Origin: an uncultured Thermococci archaeon
Lineage (GTDB): Archaea > Methanobacteriota_B > Thermococci > Thermococcales > Thermococcaceae
Length of the DNA stretch: 57,884 nucleotides
Direction of reading: 5' to 3'
NCBI GenBank assembly: GCA_964615185.1
Contig: CAZTOS010000001.1
Location: 26,479-84,362, forward strand
Both the position numbers and the translations under genes were made by a program. Below are positions 48,205 through 57,884 of this stretch, piece by piece. The notes under the pieces were generated by a model. The model had not been told where the DNA came from, did not search any database, and saw only the letters and a program-made list of their open reading frames with translations. The stretch's first letter is position 1, and each line of letters opens with the position of its first letter.

Positions 48205-48642
48205 TCAAATTATAACCACATCCTCAATCCCATGATGTCTCTCCATTAATTCCTTAACGAGATTTATATTATGACCGCCCCTACCGATTGCCCTCGGCTT
48301 ATCCCTTTGATTAACATCAAGGAGGGCAACCTTTTTACCATTCTTCTTTTCAGTTATGTGGACTTTTTTAACTCTTACGCCCATCGTTTTATAAATGTTC
48401 CTGAGAAACTCTTCTGGATTCTCTGAGTGCTCGATGAGGTCAATCTCCTTCCCAAGCATGCCCTGTATTCTTCTAACGTTCATTCCCCTCTTTCCTAAAG
48501 CTAATCCCATCTCACCCTTCTTTATGACATAGATCAAGCGGTTTCTGTCCTGGTCAATGATACAGTCAAGCACTGTAGCTCCCGTAAAGCTCTCAAAGAG
48601 GGCAATATACTTGATCTGGTCGGTATTTAACTTCAGGGGCAT
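48205..48642 (-). CDS. nusA: Archaeal NusA (two KH domains)
   Basis: [17 protein letters not shown]; conserved operon position. Confidence 0.95.
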   Translation of the reverse strand: MPLKLNTDQIKYIALFESFTGATVLDCIIDQDRNRLIYVIKKGEMGLALGKRGMNVRRIQGMLGKEIDLIEHSENPEEFLRNIYKTMGVRVKKVHITEKKNGKKVALLDVNQRDKPRAIGRGGHNINLVKELMERHHGIEDVVII

Positions 48643-48947
48643 CACTGCTTACCCCCAGCTAAGGCTAAAATGTTGCTTTCTCCTGGATCAACTACAGCCA
48701 GAGATGCCACCACAAACGGTTTACCTAAGACAGTACCCAGCTCAACGCTCGTTCCCTCGTACTCATAGACTGGAATGTTGCTGAGCTTGGCATAGTAGTA
48801 AATGTCATCCTTAACCTCCTTTGGTGTATTTTTTGCAACGATGATAAGCTTTGCACCACCAATCTTGGCTAATTTTACAGTCTTGTTTGAGCCAATGACA
48901 ACTTTTCCTGTTTCAAGAGCCTTTCTAAGCTCGAAAGCTACATCCAT
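48642..48947 (-). CDS. rpl30e: 50S ribosomal protein L30e
   Basis: [26 protein letters not shown]. Confidence 0.97.
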   Translation of the reverse strand: MDVAFELRKALETGKVVIGSNKTVKLAKIGGAKLIIVAKNTPKEVKDDIYYYAKLSNIPVYEYEGTSVELGTVLGKPFVVASLAVVDPGESNILALAGGKQ

Positions 48948-48959
48948 TAATCACACCTC

Positions 48960-50144
48960 CTACTCTTCTTCTATTGGTTTTAATGGTAACCTCATAGCGA
49001 GCCTAACTATGCCTGTTCCAACTGGAACAGGCTGTCCAATGAGGACGTTTTCAACAACACCATTTAAGGGGTCAACTTCTCCTCTTTCAGCAGCTTCAAA
49101 CAGATGCTGAACGGTAATCTCGAAAGCTGCCCTTGCCAATACACTCGCCTTCGCACCTACAACACCATGTCTTCCTATAGGCCTTACAACCCCATCAAGG
49201 GTCATTATATCAGCGACGAGCATGATATGTCTCACATCTACCTCAAGACCTTGCTCTTGCAGGGTCTTTACGATTTCCTCAATGATGACATTTCTCGCTG
49301 CTTCAATTCCTAAAACTTCTGCGATTTCGTGGATGTTGTTTGTTCTTGTTCTTGTTGGATCAACACCCGGAACCTTCAGTACTTGCTTAAAGTTTGAACC
49401 TTCTGTGTAGATCACGTACTCATCGCCCTCTTTGCGGATTATAGTTTTTCCAACGCCTGAGAGACCTTTTAAGCGATGGCTTTTAACCTTTTCGGCAATT
49501 CTTCTTAGGTCAGAAAGCTTCTCTGCTTTCTTGGGTCTTACTATGAGTGTGTATCCCTCAGCTTCAAATTCTGCTGTCTTGAATGAGCTCTCAAGCTTCT
49601 TTTTAATTTTTTCCATTGTTAGACCGCTTCTCTCTAAGCGCTCCGGGTCAATCTCAACAATAAATTCCATATTAAGGATATCCAGTGTCATTGACTGGGC
49701 CAAATTTACTAACGTTGTCCCTTCAATCTTCCTCGCAACTTCTAAGGCCTTTTCCCTATCATAGCGATGCTCCTCGTCAAGATAAACTGTCATAATAGGT
49801 GTTGAGGGATTCTTTCTCGCATCAACAATCTCAATGATTCTTGGCAGACCAAGGGTAACGTTAATCTCAGCGACACCAGCATAGTGGAAAGTGTTAAGCG
49901 TCATCTGCGTTGAAGGCTCACCAATTGACTGTGCAGCAACAGTCCCAATTGCCTCACCAGGTTCAACCACAGCACTTTCATACTCCCTAACGACTTCCTC
50001 TATAATTGCCTCAACTTCCTTCTTTTTGAGTTTGTACTTCTCATTGTACTTTACAAGTCTCTCATAAAGCTCTTCCTTAGTTTTTTCAGGAAGATGAGGA
50101 GCGTTCTTTTCAATTAAAGATTTAATAGTAGAGGGAGCAACCAT
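48960..50144 (-). CDS. rpoA2: RNA polymerase subunit A'' (Rpo1C)
   Basis: AAQSIGEPSTQMTLNTFHYAG trigger loop, LGIEAAR, GQPVPVGTG; no intein. Confidence 0.97.
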   Translation of the reverse strand: MVAPSTIKSLIEKNAPHLPEKTKEELYERLVKYNEKYKLKKKEVEAIIEEVVREYESAVVEPGEAIGTVAAQSIGEPSTQMTLNTFHYAGVAEINVTLGLPRIIEIVDARKNPSTPIMTVYLDEEHRYDREKALEVARKIEGTTLVNLAQSMTLDILNMEFIVEIDPERLERSGLTMEKIKKKLESSFKTAEFEAEGYTLIVRPKKAEKLSDLRRIAEKVKSHRLKGLSGVGKTIIRKEGDEYVIYTEGSNFKQVLKVPGVDPTRTRTNNIHEIAEVLGIEAARNVIIEEIVKTLQEQGLEVDVRHIMLVADIMTLDGVVRPIGRHGVVGAKASVLARAAFEITVQHLFEAAERGEVDPLNGVVENVLIGQPVPVGTGIVRLAMRLPLKPIEEE

Positions 50145-50154
50145 CCAAATCACC

Positions 50155-52875
50155 TCACTTACTATTTGCTCTCAATCTAATTAAAGATCTTACAATAATT
50201 CTTTCAATATCGACGGTCTTTCCTTGCCAGCTTTTCATTGGATCAATACCATCCTCACCGTAGCGGAATTGAACGATTATTCCAGTTGGATCCCTGACTG
50301 TTCCGTCATAGTCAACTTTAAGATCTTGCAGAGCGTTGATTAATCTACGTTGCATGTAACCGCTCTGGGCTGTTCTAACTGCTGTATCAACCAGTCCTTC
50401 TCTACCACCCATTGCGTGGAAGAAATATTCCTGAGGTGTCAGCCCATTCTTGTACGAATTGATAACGAATCCTCTGGATCTTGCACCTAAGTCGCCAGGC
50501 TTAAAGTGACTCAGAACTCTTCCTCTGTAACCTCTGTACAAACGCTTACCTCTAATTGACTGTTGACCGAGCAAAGCTGCCATCTGGGTTATGTTGAGTA
50601 TCTTACCTCTTGCACCGGTCTTTGCCATGATAACTGCAAAGTTGTTCATACCAAGGTACTGCTCGGCAACTTTACCGGCGTTGTCTCTCGCCTCAGCCAG
50701 AACTGCCATGATTTTGCTCTCCAATGTTTCCTCAAGGGTCTTACCAGGCAATGGTTCGAGTTCTCCAGCTTTGTAAGCCTCAATGAGCTTCTTTACTCTC
50801 TCCTCAGCCTCTCTGATGATTTCCCTGATCCTGTCCATTGCCTCTTCTGGTAAGTCTTCATCGTCAATTGCCGTTGTGAAGCCCTTGTGTGTTATCACCC
50901 AGATTGCAAGTTTTGTAACCTGATCAAGGAACTGTCTCGCCCTTTCAACGCCATATTCACGCACGATAATGTCAAGAATCTTGCCATCCTCTCTACCGTA
51001 AGCCTTTTTGTCAATTGCACCGCTCAAAAGCTTTCCGTTTTGAATGTAAACGAATCCATCATATGCCAATTTCCTTACTTCTTCTGGATCCGGAAGAAGC
51101 TTTTCTTCAATGAGCTTTTCAAGCGGTTCACACTTGCTTGGGTCATCACAAAGCTTATTTCTGTACCAGATTGTTAGATCATCGGGGAGAAGGAGTGAGA
51201 ATATTGTCTTTCCGCTCCAGTATTCAACGCCATTCTCAACTTTATCTGGTTCCGGAAGCTTGTCAATGTCAACACCAGCAAACATGAGCATCTGCTCAAC
51301 TTCGCTCCTTGTGAAGTATGCTCCCTCCCTTGTAAGCAGATATCCACCCGAGATGTGATCCTGAATTCCACCGATGATTGGACCACCGTATCTTGGTGAG
51401 ATGATGTGGTTCTGCACTTCCATCAAAATCCTTGCTTCAGCTTGTGCTTCCTCTGTCTGTGGAACGTGAAGGTTCATCTCATCTCCATCAAAATCAGCGT
51501 TGTAAGGTGGACAGACTGCTAAGTTGAGGCGGAAGGTTTTGTAAGGCATTACCCTAACGCGGTGAGCCATAATAGACATTCTGTGAAGGGAAGGCTGTCT
51601 GTTGAAGAGGACTATATCTCCATCAAGCAAATGTCTCTCCACTGTCCAACCTATGTCAAGCATCTCTGCAATTGTCTCTCTGTTGCTTTCCATGAGCCTG
51701 ATTCTTCTTCCCTGCGGATCAATTACATAGTTCGCCCCTGGATACTTCTCTGGACCATTAAGAACCATTTTTCTGAGCTTTTCAATATTAAATTCCGTAA
51801 CCTTTTCCGGAACTGTCAGTTCCATTGCAACTGCCAATGGAACACCAACCTCATTAATGCTGAGCATTGGATCTGGAGAGATAACCGTACGTGCCGAGAA
51901 GTTGACACGCTTACCGCTCAGATTTCCTCTGAATCTTCCTTCCTTACCTTTCAATCTCTGAGCCAGTGTTTTGAGAGGTCTTCCGCTCTTGTGCTTTGCT
52001 GCAGGAACACCTGAGGTTTCGTTGTTGATGTAGGTGGTAACGTGATACTGCAAGAGATCCCAGAGGTCTTCAATAATCAGCTGTGGCGCACCAGCCTCAA
52101 TGTTCGTCTTAAGTCTGTTGTTGATTCTGATGATATCAACAAGTTTGTGAGTTAAGTCGTCCTCGGCTCTTATACCGCTCTCTAAGGTGATGGATGGTCT
52201 TACAGTGACAGGAGGAACAGGCAGAACCGTGAGAACCATCCATTCCGGACGAGATTTTTCGGGATGAAGACCAAGAAGAGGTAAATCCTTGTCGGGAATC
52301 TTCTCAAGTCTATCTCTAACTTCAGTGGGCATCATTCTGTGCTTATACTCGTTTCCTTGCTCGTCCTTTCTAATTTCCCAGTAGATTGTTGGTCTCTCAA
52401 ACTTCAGTGGAAACTGTGGAGCACCACAGTGGGGACAGACCATTCTTTCCTTTGCCTTCTTATGAATTTCTTTGATGAGCTTGTCTTTTGTTTTCTTCCT
52501 ATCACCAATCAGCTCAAACTTCTTCATATATTCCTCAATTTCTTCATCGGTAAGCTTTATCCTTCCACATTCCCTACAAGTGCTTTCCAAGATGCGGTAA
52601 ATTGTCTTTGCAAATCCAACGTGAATTACTGGACGAGCGAGCTCAATATGCCCAAAGTGACCAGGACAATCACCGTATCTTGCACCACAGGTTTCACATC
52701 TCAGACCTGGGTCAATAACGCCCAAGCGCTTGTCCATTAGTCCTCCTTCTATTGGGTAACCATCGTCATCGTAAGTGTCTGGAACTGTAATTTCGGCAGC
52801 ACTCATCTTTCTAATCTCTTGAGGGGAAAGGATACCAAACTCAATCGAACCTATAACCTTCTTAATTGACTGCAT
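50155..52875 (-). CDS. rpoA1: RNA polymerase subunit A' (Rpo1N)
   Basis: CPGHFGHIEL, YNADFDGDEMN catalytic motif, bridge helix DTAVRTAQSGY; no intein. Confidence 0.98.
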   Translation of the reverse strand: MQSIKKVIGSIEFGILSPQEIRKMSAAEITVPDTYDDDGYPIEGGLMDKRLGVIDPGLRCETCGARYGDCPGHFGHIELARPVIHVGFAKTIYRILESTCRECGRIKLTDEEIEEYMKKFELIGDRKKTKDKLIKEIHKKAKERMVCPHCGAPQFPLKFERPTIYWEIRKDEQGNEYKHRMMPTEVRDRLEKIPDKDLPLLGLHPEKSRPEWMVLTVLPVPPVTVRPSITLESGIRAEDDLTHKLVDIIRINNRLKTNIEAGAPQLIIEDLWDLLQYHVTTYINNETSGVPAAKHKSGRPLKTLAQRLKGKEGRFRGNLSGKRVNFSARTVISPDPMLSINEVGVPLAVAMELTVPEKVTEFNIEKLRKMVLNGPEKYPGANYVIDPQGRRIRLMESNRETIAEMLDIGWTVERHLLDGDIVLFNRQPSLHRMSIMAHRVRVMPYKTFRLNLAVCPPYNADFDGDEMNLHVPQTEEAQAEARILMEVQNHIISPRYGGPIIGGIQDHISGGYLLTREGAYFTRSEVEQMLMFAGVDIDKLPEPDKVENGVEYWSGKTIFSLLLPDDLTIWYRNKLCDDPSKCEPLEKLIEEKLLPDPEEVRKLAYDGFVYIQNGKLLSGAIDKKAYGREDGKILDIIVREYGVERARQFLDQVTKLAIWVITHKGFTTAIDDEDLPEEAMDRIREIIREAEERVKKLIEAYKAGELEPLPGKTLEETLESKIMAVLAEARDNAGKVAEQYLGMNNFAVIMAKTGARGKILNITQMAALLGQQSIRGKRLYRGYRGRVLSHFKPGDLGARSRGFVINSYKNGLTPQEYFFHAMGGREGLVDTAVRTAQSGYMQRRLINALQDLKVDYDGTVRDPTGIIVQFRYGEDGIDPMKSWQGKTVDIERIIVRSLIRLRANSK

Positions 52876-52880
52876 CGCTC

Positions 52881-55800
52881 TCACACCCTCTCCTTTAATC
52901 TCAAAGCAGGCCTTATCACCATAGCCTTAAGCTCGTCCAACAACAGCTTAAATGCATAGCTCATCTCAACTTTGCTTATCTTTTCGGTCTCTCCACATAC
53001 TGGACAGTACACTTGTCCCCTTCTCTTGTCTTCTAATGCTAAATGTCCACAGTTCTCACAGACCCAGACCTCTGTCTTGTCGCTTTCCTCCAATAGACGC
53101 TCTACAAGGAGCATTGCAGCACCGTGTCCAATGAGAACGTCTCTTTCCATCTCACCGAATCTAAGACCACCTTCCCTTGCCCTACCTTCAGTTGGCTGCT
53201 TTGTGAGGACTTGCACTGGACCTCTTGAACGAGCGTGCATCTTGTCGGCAACCATGTGGTGAAGCCTCTGGTAGTAAATGACACCAATAAAGATGTCCGC
53301 CTCTAATCTCCTTCCGGTAATTCCATCATACATGATTTCCCTTCCGCTGTGCTTGAAGCCAAGCTCTTCGAGTTCTTTTCTAAGTTTTTCTTCTGGCTCT
53401 CCAATAAATGCCGTTCCATCAATTCTTCTACCTTTCAGTGATGCAACCTTTCCACCAATTGCTTCAATGAGCTGTCCGACGGTCATACGAGATGGAATAC
53501 CGTGTGGATTGACTATTAAATCTGGAACGATTCCACTCTCTGTCCATGGCATGTCTTCTTGTGGAACGATTAAGCCTATAACACCCTTCTGTCCATGTCT
53601 GCTTGCGAACTTATCTCCAAGCTCTGGGATTCTAAGGTCTCTAACGGTAACTTTAACGAGCTTAGTTCCATCGCCAGTCTCAGTAATTATGACCTTATCA
53701 ACGACACCCTTCTCACTCGGCCTTACAGCTATGCTTGTCTCTCTCCTCTCCTGGAGAATTATTCCGCCCAATCCGCTCTGCTCTTCAAGGAATCTCGGTG
53801 GTGAAGTTCTGCCGACAAGAACATCTTTACCACTGACCTTTGACTCTGGGAAGATTATGCCATCTTCATCCAAGTGTCTGTAGTACTTCTCTCCTCTGTA
53901 TCCCCTAACGGTTGGATCTGGAATTTCAAACTTATCTGTCTGACCACCAAGATACTTCTTCTCCTCAGCCTCGTATGTTCTGAAGAATGTTGATCTTGCT
54001 AATCCCCTTTCAATTGATGCCTTATTGATCACGATGGCGTCTTCCATGTTGTAGCCCTGATAGCTGAGAACAGCAACGACAAAGTTTTGGCCAGCAGGTC
54101 TCTCTTCAAAACCGACGGCCTTCATTATTCTTGAGTTAACAAGTGGAATCTGTGGATAGTGCAAGAGATGTCCTCTGGTGTCAACCCTGATTCTGAAGTT
54201 AGCCCATCCTAAACCTAAACTCTGCTTAGCCATACCAGCCCCATATGTGTTTCTTGGGGCTGCATTGTGCTCTGGATATGGGACGAGAGATGCCGGAATG
54301 CCAAGGATTGCAGCGGGCATCAGCTCAAGGTGAGTGTGTTCTTTTGTGACTTCCCATGGCCAGGTTGCAACGTAGGCGTTCTCCTCTTCCTCCGCATCGA
54401 GATACTCGATGACACCCATTTTAATTAGATCGCTCCATGTCAGCGTTCCATTCTTTATTCCCTCAACGTGCTCCTCTGTAAGCTTTGGAACACCGTTCTC
54501 AACGACGATAAGAGGTCTTCTAACTCTACCGTCATCGCTATTGATGTAAACTTCCCTAACATCATCATAGTATGCAACGTTTATGACATCGCTAATCTTG
54601 CCAGCCCTTCTGTCAGCTTTAATCCTGTTCACCAAAGCTATGCCATCCTCAACTGTTCCAATAAGGACACCGTTTAAGTAAACTCTCCAAACTTGTGGGT
54701 TCGGTCTCCTCTCCTCAATTGAAACAATACCAAGCTTCCTCAGGTACTTGAGAACCTCTTCCTCTGGAATAGCTGTTGTAATCTGGGCCATCAATGCTAA
54801 GTTCTTAACAAGGCCACAGTTTGGACCTTCTGGTGTTTCAGTTGGACAGATTCTTCCCCAGTGAGTCCCGTGTAAATCTCTTGCCTCGAAGTGCGGCTGG
54901 TCTCTGCTCAGCGGTGAGGTAACTCTTCTTAAGTGTGAGAGAGTTGACATGTAGTTTGTTCTATCCAAAAGCTGGCTGACACCAGTTCTTCCACCAGGCC
55001 AAGCGCCTGTTGCTAAAGCGTGCTCAATCCTCTCAGTTAAAACATCTGGTCTCACAGAATTTCTCACAAATCTCTGGACGTTTTCAAAAACATATTTTTC
55101 TCCTTTCCTTTGATAAGTCTTAGTCAGCTGATACTGCATGTCCTTAACAAGCTGACCAAATGCAACTCTGAACAGGTCTCTAAGCAGATCTCCAGCAAGC
55201 CTCAGCCTCTTGTTAGCATAGTGATCTTTGTCATCTTCTCCTCTCAAGCCAAGTGAAAGCTCCAGAACCTTCAATGCCATCATACCAAGATAGTAAGCCT
55301 TCTTAATCCTGTCCTCTGGTCTAACTCCCATGTGAGGCAAGAGGTTATTGTCAATTACTGATTCTGCCCTCCTTAGCCGGTACTCTCTTGGCTGCCCTGG
55401 AAGGGCTTTCTTGCCAATGTAATCCAAAGCCTCTTCTTGAGTCTGAATATCGCTTGCATCTTCGAGGTTGTCGAAAAGAACCTGCTGGATCCTTGGATCA
55501 TCACTTATTGCATCAACGATTTCCTTATCACTCTCAAGACCAAGAGCTCTCATCACATAAACGAACTTGACAACACCAGGAACATTGGGTATAGAAACGT
55601 AAAGTAAGCCATCCTTTCTTCTCTCTACAGCAATTAGAGCTCTATAACCGTGTCTGTATGAAAAGCACTTTGCAATGACCTTATCTTGTCTTTCATCTTT
55701 CTCAACTAAGGTTCTGTTTGGAGCTAAATCCTCAATAGAAACAATAACCCTCTCTGAACCGTTAATAATGAAGTAACCACCTGGATCTTTCGGATCTTCT

Positions 55801-56237
55801 CCAAGCTTTATTAATTCTTCTTTACTCTTTCCATAGAGCCTACATGTCTTTGACTTAAGCATTATTGGAAGCTCACCAATTCTGACCTCAACTGGTTCTT
55901 GCTCAATGCCATTAACAACTGGGATCATTTCAAGATATATTGGAGCAGCATAAGTGAGGTTCCTTATGCGGGCATCCATTGGATAAAGTGGCTTTCTTTG
56001 GCCCTGTGCCTCTTGGAATTCCGGCTCTCCAAGTCTAATCTTCCCAAATTTTACCTCAAAGTTTGGGATATCTGGCTTTATGCCGCCAAATTCATTGATA
56101 ACCTCTTGCATTCCATGGTCTATAAAGGCATTATAGGAATCAAGATGCTGTCTTACAAGCCCTTTTTCATTCCAATAACTCTCCATAACACTCCAAAGGT
56201 CATCCGGAGTAAGCTCAACAACAGTTGGACCTCTCAT
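52881..56237 (-). CDS. rpoB: RNA polymerase subunit B (unsplit Rpo2)
   Basis: [38 protein letters not shown]. Confidence 0.98.
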   Translation of the reverse strand: MRGPTVVELTPDDLWSVMESYWNEKGLVRQHLDSYNAFIDHGMQEVINEFGGIKPDIPNFEVKFGKIRLGEPEFQEAQGQRKPLYPMDARIRNLTYAAPIYLEMIPVVNGIEQEPVEVRIGELPIMLKSKTCRLYGKSKEELIKLGEDPKDPGGYFIINGSERVIVSIEDLAPNRTLVEKDERQDKVIAKCFSYRHGYRALIAVERRKDGLLYVSIPNVPGVVKFVYVMRALGLESDKEIVDAISDDPRIQQVLFDNLEDASDIQTQEEALDYIGKKALPGQPREYRLRRAESVIDNNLLPHMGVRPEDRIKKAYYLGMMALKVLELSLGLRGEDDKDHYANKRLRLAGDLLRDLFRVAFGQLVKDMQYQLTKTYQRKGEKYVFENVQRFVRNSVRPDVLTERIEHALATGAWPGGRTGVSQLLDRTNYMSTLSHLRRVTSPLSRDQPHFEARDLHGTHWGRICPTETPEGPNCGLVKNLALMAQITTAIPEEEVLKYLRKLGIVSIEERRPNPQVWRVYLNGVLIGTVEDGIALVNRIKADRRAGKISDVINVAYYDDVREVYINSDDGRVRRPLIVVENGVPKLTEEHVEGIKNGTLTWSDLIKMGVIEYLDAEEEENAYVATWPWEVTKEHTHLELMPAAILGIPASLVPYPEHNAAPRNTYGAGMAKQSLGLGWANFRIRVDTRGHLLHYPQIPLVNSRIMKAVGFEERPAGQNFVVAVLSYQGYNMEDAIVINKASIERGLARSTFFRTYEAEEKKYLGGQTDKFEIPDPTVRGYRGEKYYRHLDEDGIIFPESKVSGKDVLVGRTSPPRFLEEQSGLGGIILQERRETSIAVRPSEKGVVDKVIITETGDGTKLVKVTVRDLRIPELGDKFASRHGQKGVIGLIVPQEDMPWTESGIVPDLIVNPHGIPSRMTVGQLIEAIGGKVASLKGRRIDGTAFIGEPEEKLRKELEELGFKHSGREIMYDGITGRRLEADIFIGVIYYQRLHHMVADKMHARSRGPVQVLTKQPTEGRAREGGLRFGEMERDVLIGHGAAMLLVERLLEESDKTEVWVCENCGHLALEDKRRGQVYCPVCGETEKISKVEMSYAFKLLLDELKAMVIRPALRLKERV

Positions 56238-56255
56238 GTTCTCACCTCAGAAATT

Positions 56256-56504
56256 TCAATCCTCAACAACAATTCTATAGTAATAGTAAACACCTGCAGT
56301 TGGGCTTTTTCTCTTGATTTCAATTATATCTCCAGGCTTTGCCCCCAATGCTACAACAGCTGGATCTTTAGCCTTTATCTGCGGTAGCTGAGAAATCTTT
56401 ATTCTGTACTTCTTAAGTAACTCCTCCTTCTCTTTCTCACTCAATACTCTATGCTCAGGAACTAATTCGTGATCAAATATATTAAACTCCTTTTTCGCCG
56501 CCAC
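56256..56504 (-). CDS. rpoH: RNA polymerase subunit H (Rpo5)
   Basis: HELVPEH, LPQIK..DP, RKSPTAG.YYYRIV. Confidence 0.97.
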   Translation of the reverse strand: MAAKKEFNIFDHELVPEHRVLSEKEKEELLKKYRIKISQLPQIKAKDPAVVALGAKPGDIIEIKRKSPTAGVYYYYRIVVED

Positions 56505-56716
56505 CGAGAATTGCCCCCTTAGAATTTTTAGAAGGTATAATCTCTCACTACCTCCAGCTTTCGCTTTGGGTATATAAGCTTTTCGTGAGATAAATCAGAG
56601 ATAGGGTTTATATTCCTTGCGTAAAGTTTAAGAAGGGTTTTTATAGCCGAAAACCCACATTAATGTACAAAGATGAACATTTGAAATGTGGATGTAATTA
56701 ACTTAAAGTGCCAGAA

Positions 56717-56793
56717 TGGAGCCCCGGGCGGGGTTTGAACCCGCGACCTGCCGCTTACCAAGCGGCCGCTCCACCAGGCTGAGCCACCGGGGC
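56717..56793 (-). tRNA. tRNA-Thr(GGT)
   Basis: GCCCCGG acceptor, GCCGC-TTGGTAA-GCGGC, CCA. Confidence 0.96.
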
Positions 56794-56801
56794 ATTAAAA
56801 C

Positions 56802-56879
56802 TGGTGGGGCCGCCGAGATTTGAACTCGGGTCACGGGCTCCCAAAGCCCGCAGGATAGACCAAGCTACCCCACGGCCCC
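56802..56879 (-). tRNA. tRNA-Pro(TGG)
   Basis: GGGGCCG acceptor, CGGGC-TTTGGGA-GCCCG, CCA. Confidence 0.96.
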
Positions 56880-56880
56880 A

Positions 56881-56957
56881 TGGAGCCCCGGCCGGGATTT
56901 GAACCCGGGACCTGCGGATTACAAGTCCGCCGCTCTCCCAGGCTGAGCCACCGGGGC
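56881..56957 (-). tRNA. tRNA-Thr(TGT)
   Basis: GCCCCGG acceptor, GCGGA-CTTGTAA-TCCGC, CCA. Confidence 0.96.
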
Positions 56958-57056
56958 ACCGAATGAAGAAAAGTTTCGGTAGATATATAAAGTTTTCGCT
57001 GAATTAAAAGACCGTAATCTTTATAAATCCTCCTCATATCTCTATCATTGGGCTGT

Positions 57057-57132
57057 GCCGCCGTAGCTTAGTTGGTAGAGCGCGCGGCTGTTAACCGCGT
57101 GGTCCCCCGTTCAAGTCGGGGCGGCGGCGCCA
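57057..57132 (+). tRNA. tRNA-Asn(GTT)
   Basis: GCCGCCG acceptor, CGCGG-CTGTTAA-CCGCG, CCA. Confidence 0.96.
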
Positions 57133-57133
57133 T

Positions 57134-57211
57134 GGGCCCGTAGCTCAGCCTGGTCAGAGCGCGCGGCTCATAACCGCGTGGTCCGGGGTTCGAAGCCCCG
57201 CGGGCCCACCA
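57134..57211 (+). tRNA. tRNA with CAT anticodon, probably tRNA-Ile2 (agmatidine-modified) rather than tRNA-Met
   Basis: CTCATAA loop; GGGCCCG acceptor typical of archaeal Ile tRNAs; no A1-U72 initiator pair and no intron. Confidence 0.88.
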
Positions 57212-57290
57212 TTTTGCCCTCAGCAGTCAGTTTTATGCAGTTCAATTGTGAACAATATAAAAACAAAACTAAAGCTTCTTCAAAAACTTC

Positions 57291-57845
57291 TCAGCATCTT
57301 CCAGTTTGCCTTGCCGTTTTCTCATCCGTTATGATGTAATTCTTCCTCAACCTTCTCGCAACCAGCCCTGCAAATTCTTCCGGGTCTCTCTTAATATCGC
57401 TAATATCTCGCTCTCCTGCAAAGTAATATCCATTAATGGCGTCACCTGTGGCATGTCCAATCTCCGGGAGAACCTTTCCGCTGTGGTGGGAGACAAGGAA
57501 CGCGAGGAATGCATGCACGATGGGGTAAACTCTTGGAGGCCTTTCTTCAAATTTTGCGAGTATGCCCGCGTTTTGATATTTTTTGTTCTAGTGCTGATAT
57601 ATAGATATTTCCTTCCCCGTATTTTTACCCTGCGTCAAGAATTTTCATAACCTTGTTCTCATTCTTCTCAGGATCCGCCTCCGCGACCAGTTTTACGTAT
57701 CCCCTGTCTGCACGTGCGTAGAAATTTCCTATTGCACTTTGAAGAGAGTTTGACAACTTGAGCATTTTTTCTTCTATCCTTTTCCTTCTTTCCCCTCGAA
57801 TATGAACATCCTGCTAAAGGCAGAAGCGACAAGGACATCACTCAT
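57291..57845 (-). pseudogene. Multiply frameshifted hypothetical gene next to the tRNA cluster
   Basis: GGTGA RBS + ATG 57845; coding-like segments in different frames (RKRIEEKMLKLSNSLQSAIGNFY...; NAGILAKFEERPPRVYPIVHAFLAF...). Confidence 0.5.
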
Positions 57846-57884
57846 TAATTTCACCATTAGATGAAATAAGCCTTTCGAAGTCCT

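Noticed and set aside
48960..56237. Inteins or a split in the RNA polymerase subunits
   Set aside because: Lengths are normal, no intein termini or LAGLIDADG motifs were seen, and RpoB is continuous.
47573..56387. Many plus-strand ORFs antisense to the rpo/rps genes (e.g. 53278-53883, 201 aa)
   Set aside because: Shadow ORFs from codon bias of highly conserved genes; no RBS or recognisable motifs.
1..57884. CRISPR array, cas genes, rRNA, IS transposase or integrase
   Set aside because: No regularly spaced repeat-spacer units, long GC-rich RNA gene or DDE/tyrosine-recombinase motifs were seen by eye.

Overview
Hyperthermophilic archaeal chromosome segment, almost certainly Thermococcales. 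Evidence: GGTGA/GGAGGTG ribosome-binding sites, GC-rich CCA-encoding tRNAs, a TrmB/TreT operon, and an rpoH-rpoB-rpoA1-rpoA2-L30e-nusA-S12-S7 operon. In order the window holds: the distal part of an operon built around a cysteine-free ArsA/Get3-family ATPase; trmG10; a TrmB-regulated sugar ABC/beta-PGM/GH65/debranching-like glucosidase locus; a triple-PA14 surface protein with a PIP-CTERM-like tail; alanine aminotransferase; three toxin-antitoxin modules; a SAMP-like protein; L40e; a second sugar ABC operon (SBP-malFG-treT-trmB-malK); SRP54; nucleoside-salvage genes; nreA; 11 tRNAs; three C/D-box guide sRNAs; and several decayed accessory genes, mostly next to tRNAs. No CRISPR array, rRNA, integrase or intact IS was seen. 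Best leads: (1) the Get3-like ATPase operon, which includes a Cys-less DUF59-like protein and a membrane protein resembling the eukaryotic PAT-complex subunit CCDC47, a candidate archaeal membrane-protein biogenesis or transporter-assembly module; (2) the putative kojibiose/alpha-glucan utilisation locus beside the PA14 lectin-like protein; (3) an apparently module-swapped trehalose operon; (4) a shared 30-bp leader repeat bracketing a TA cassette; (5) an unannotated 35-aa ORF. All family assignments come from motif recognition by eye, not database searches.
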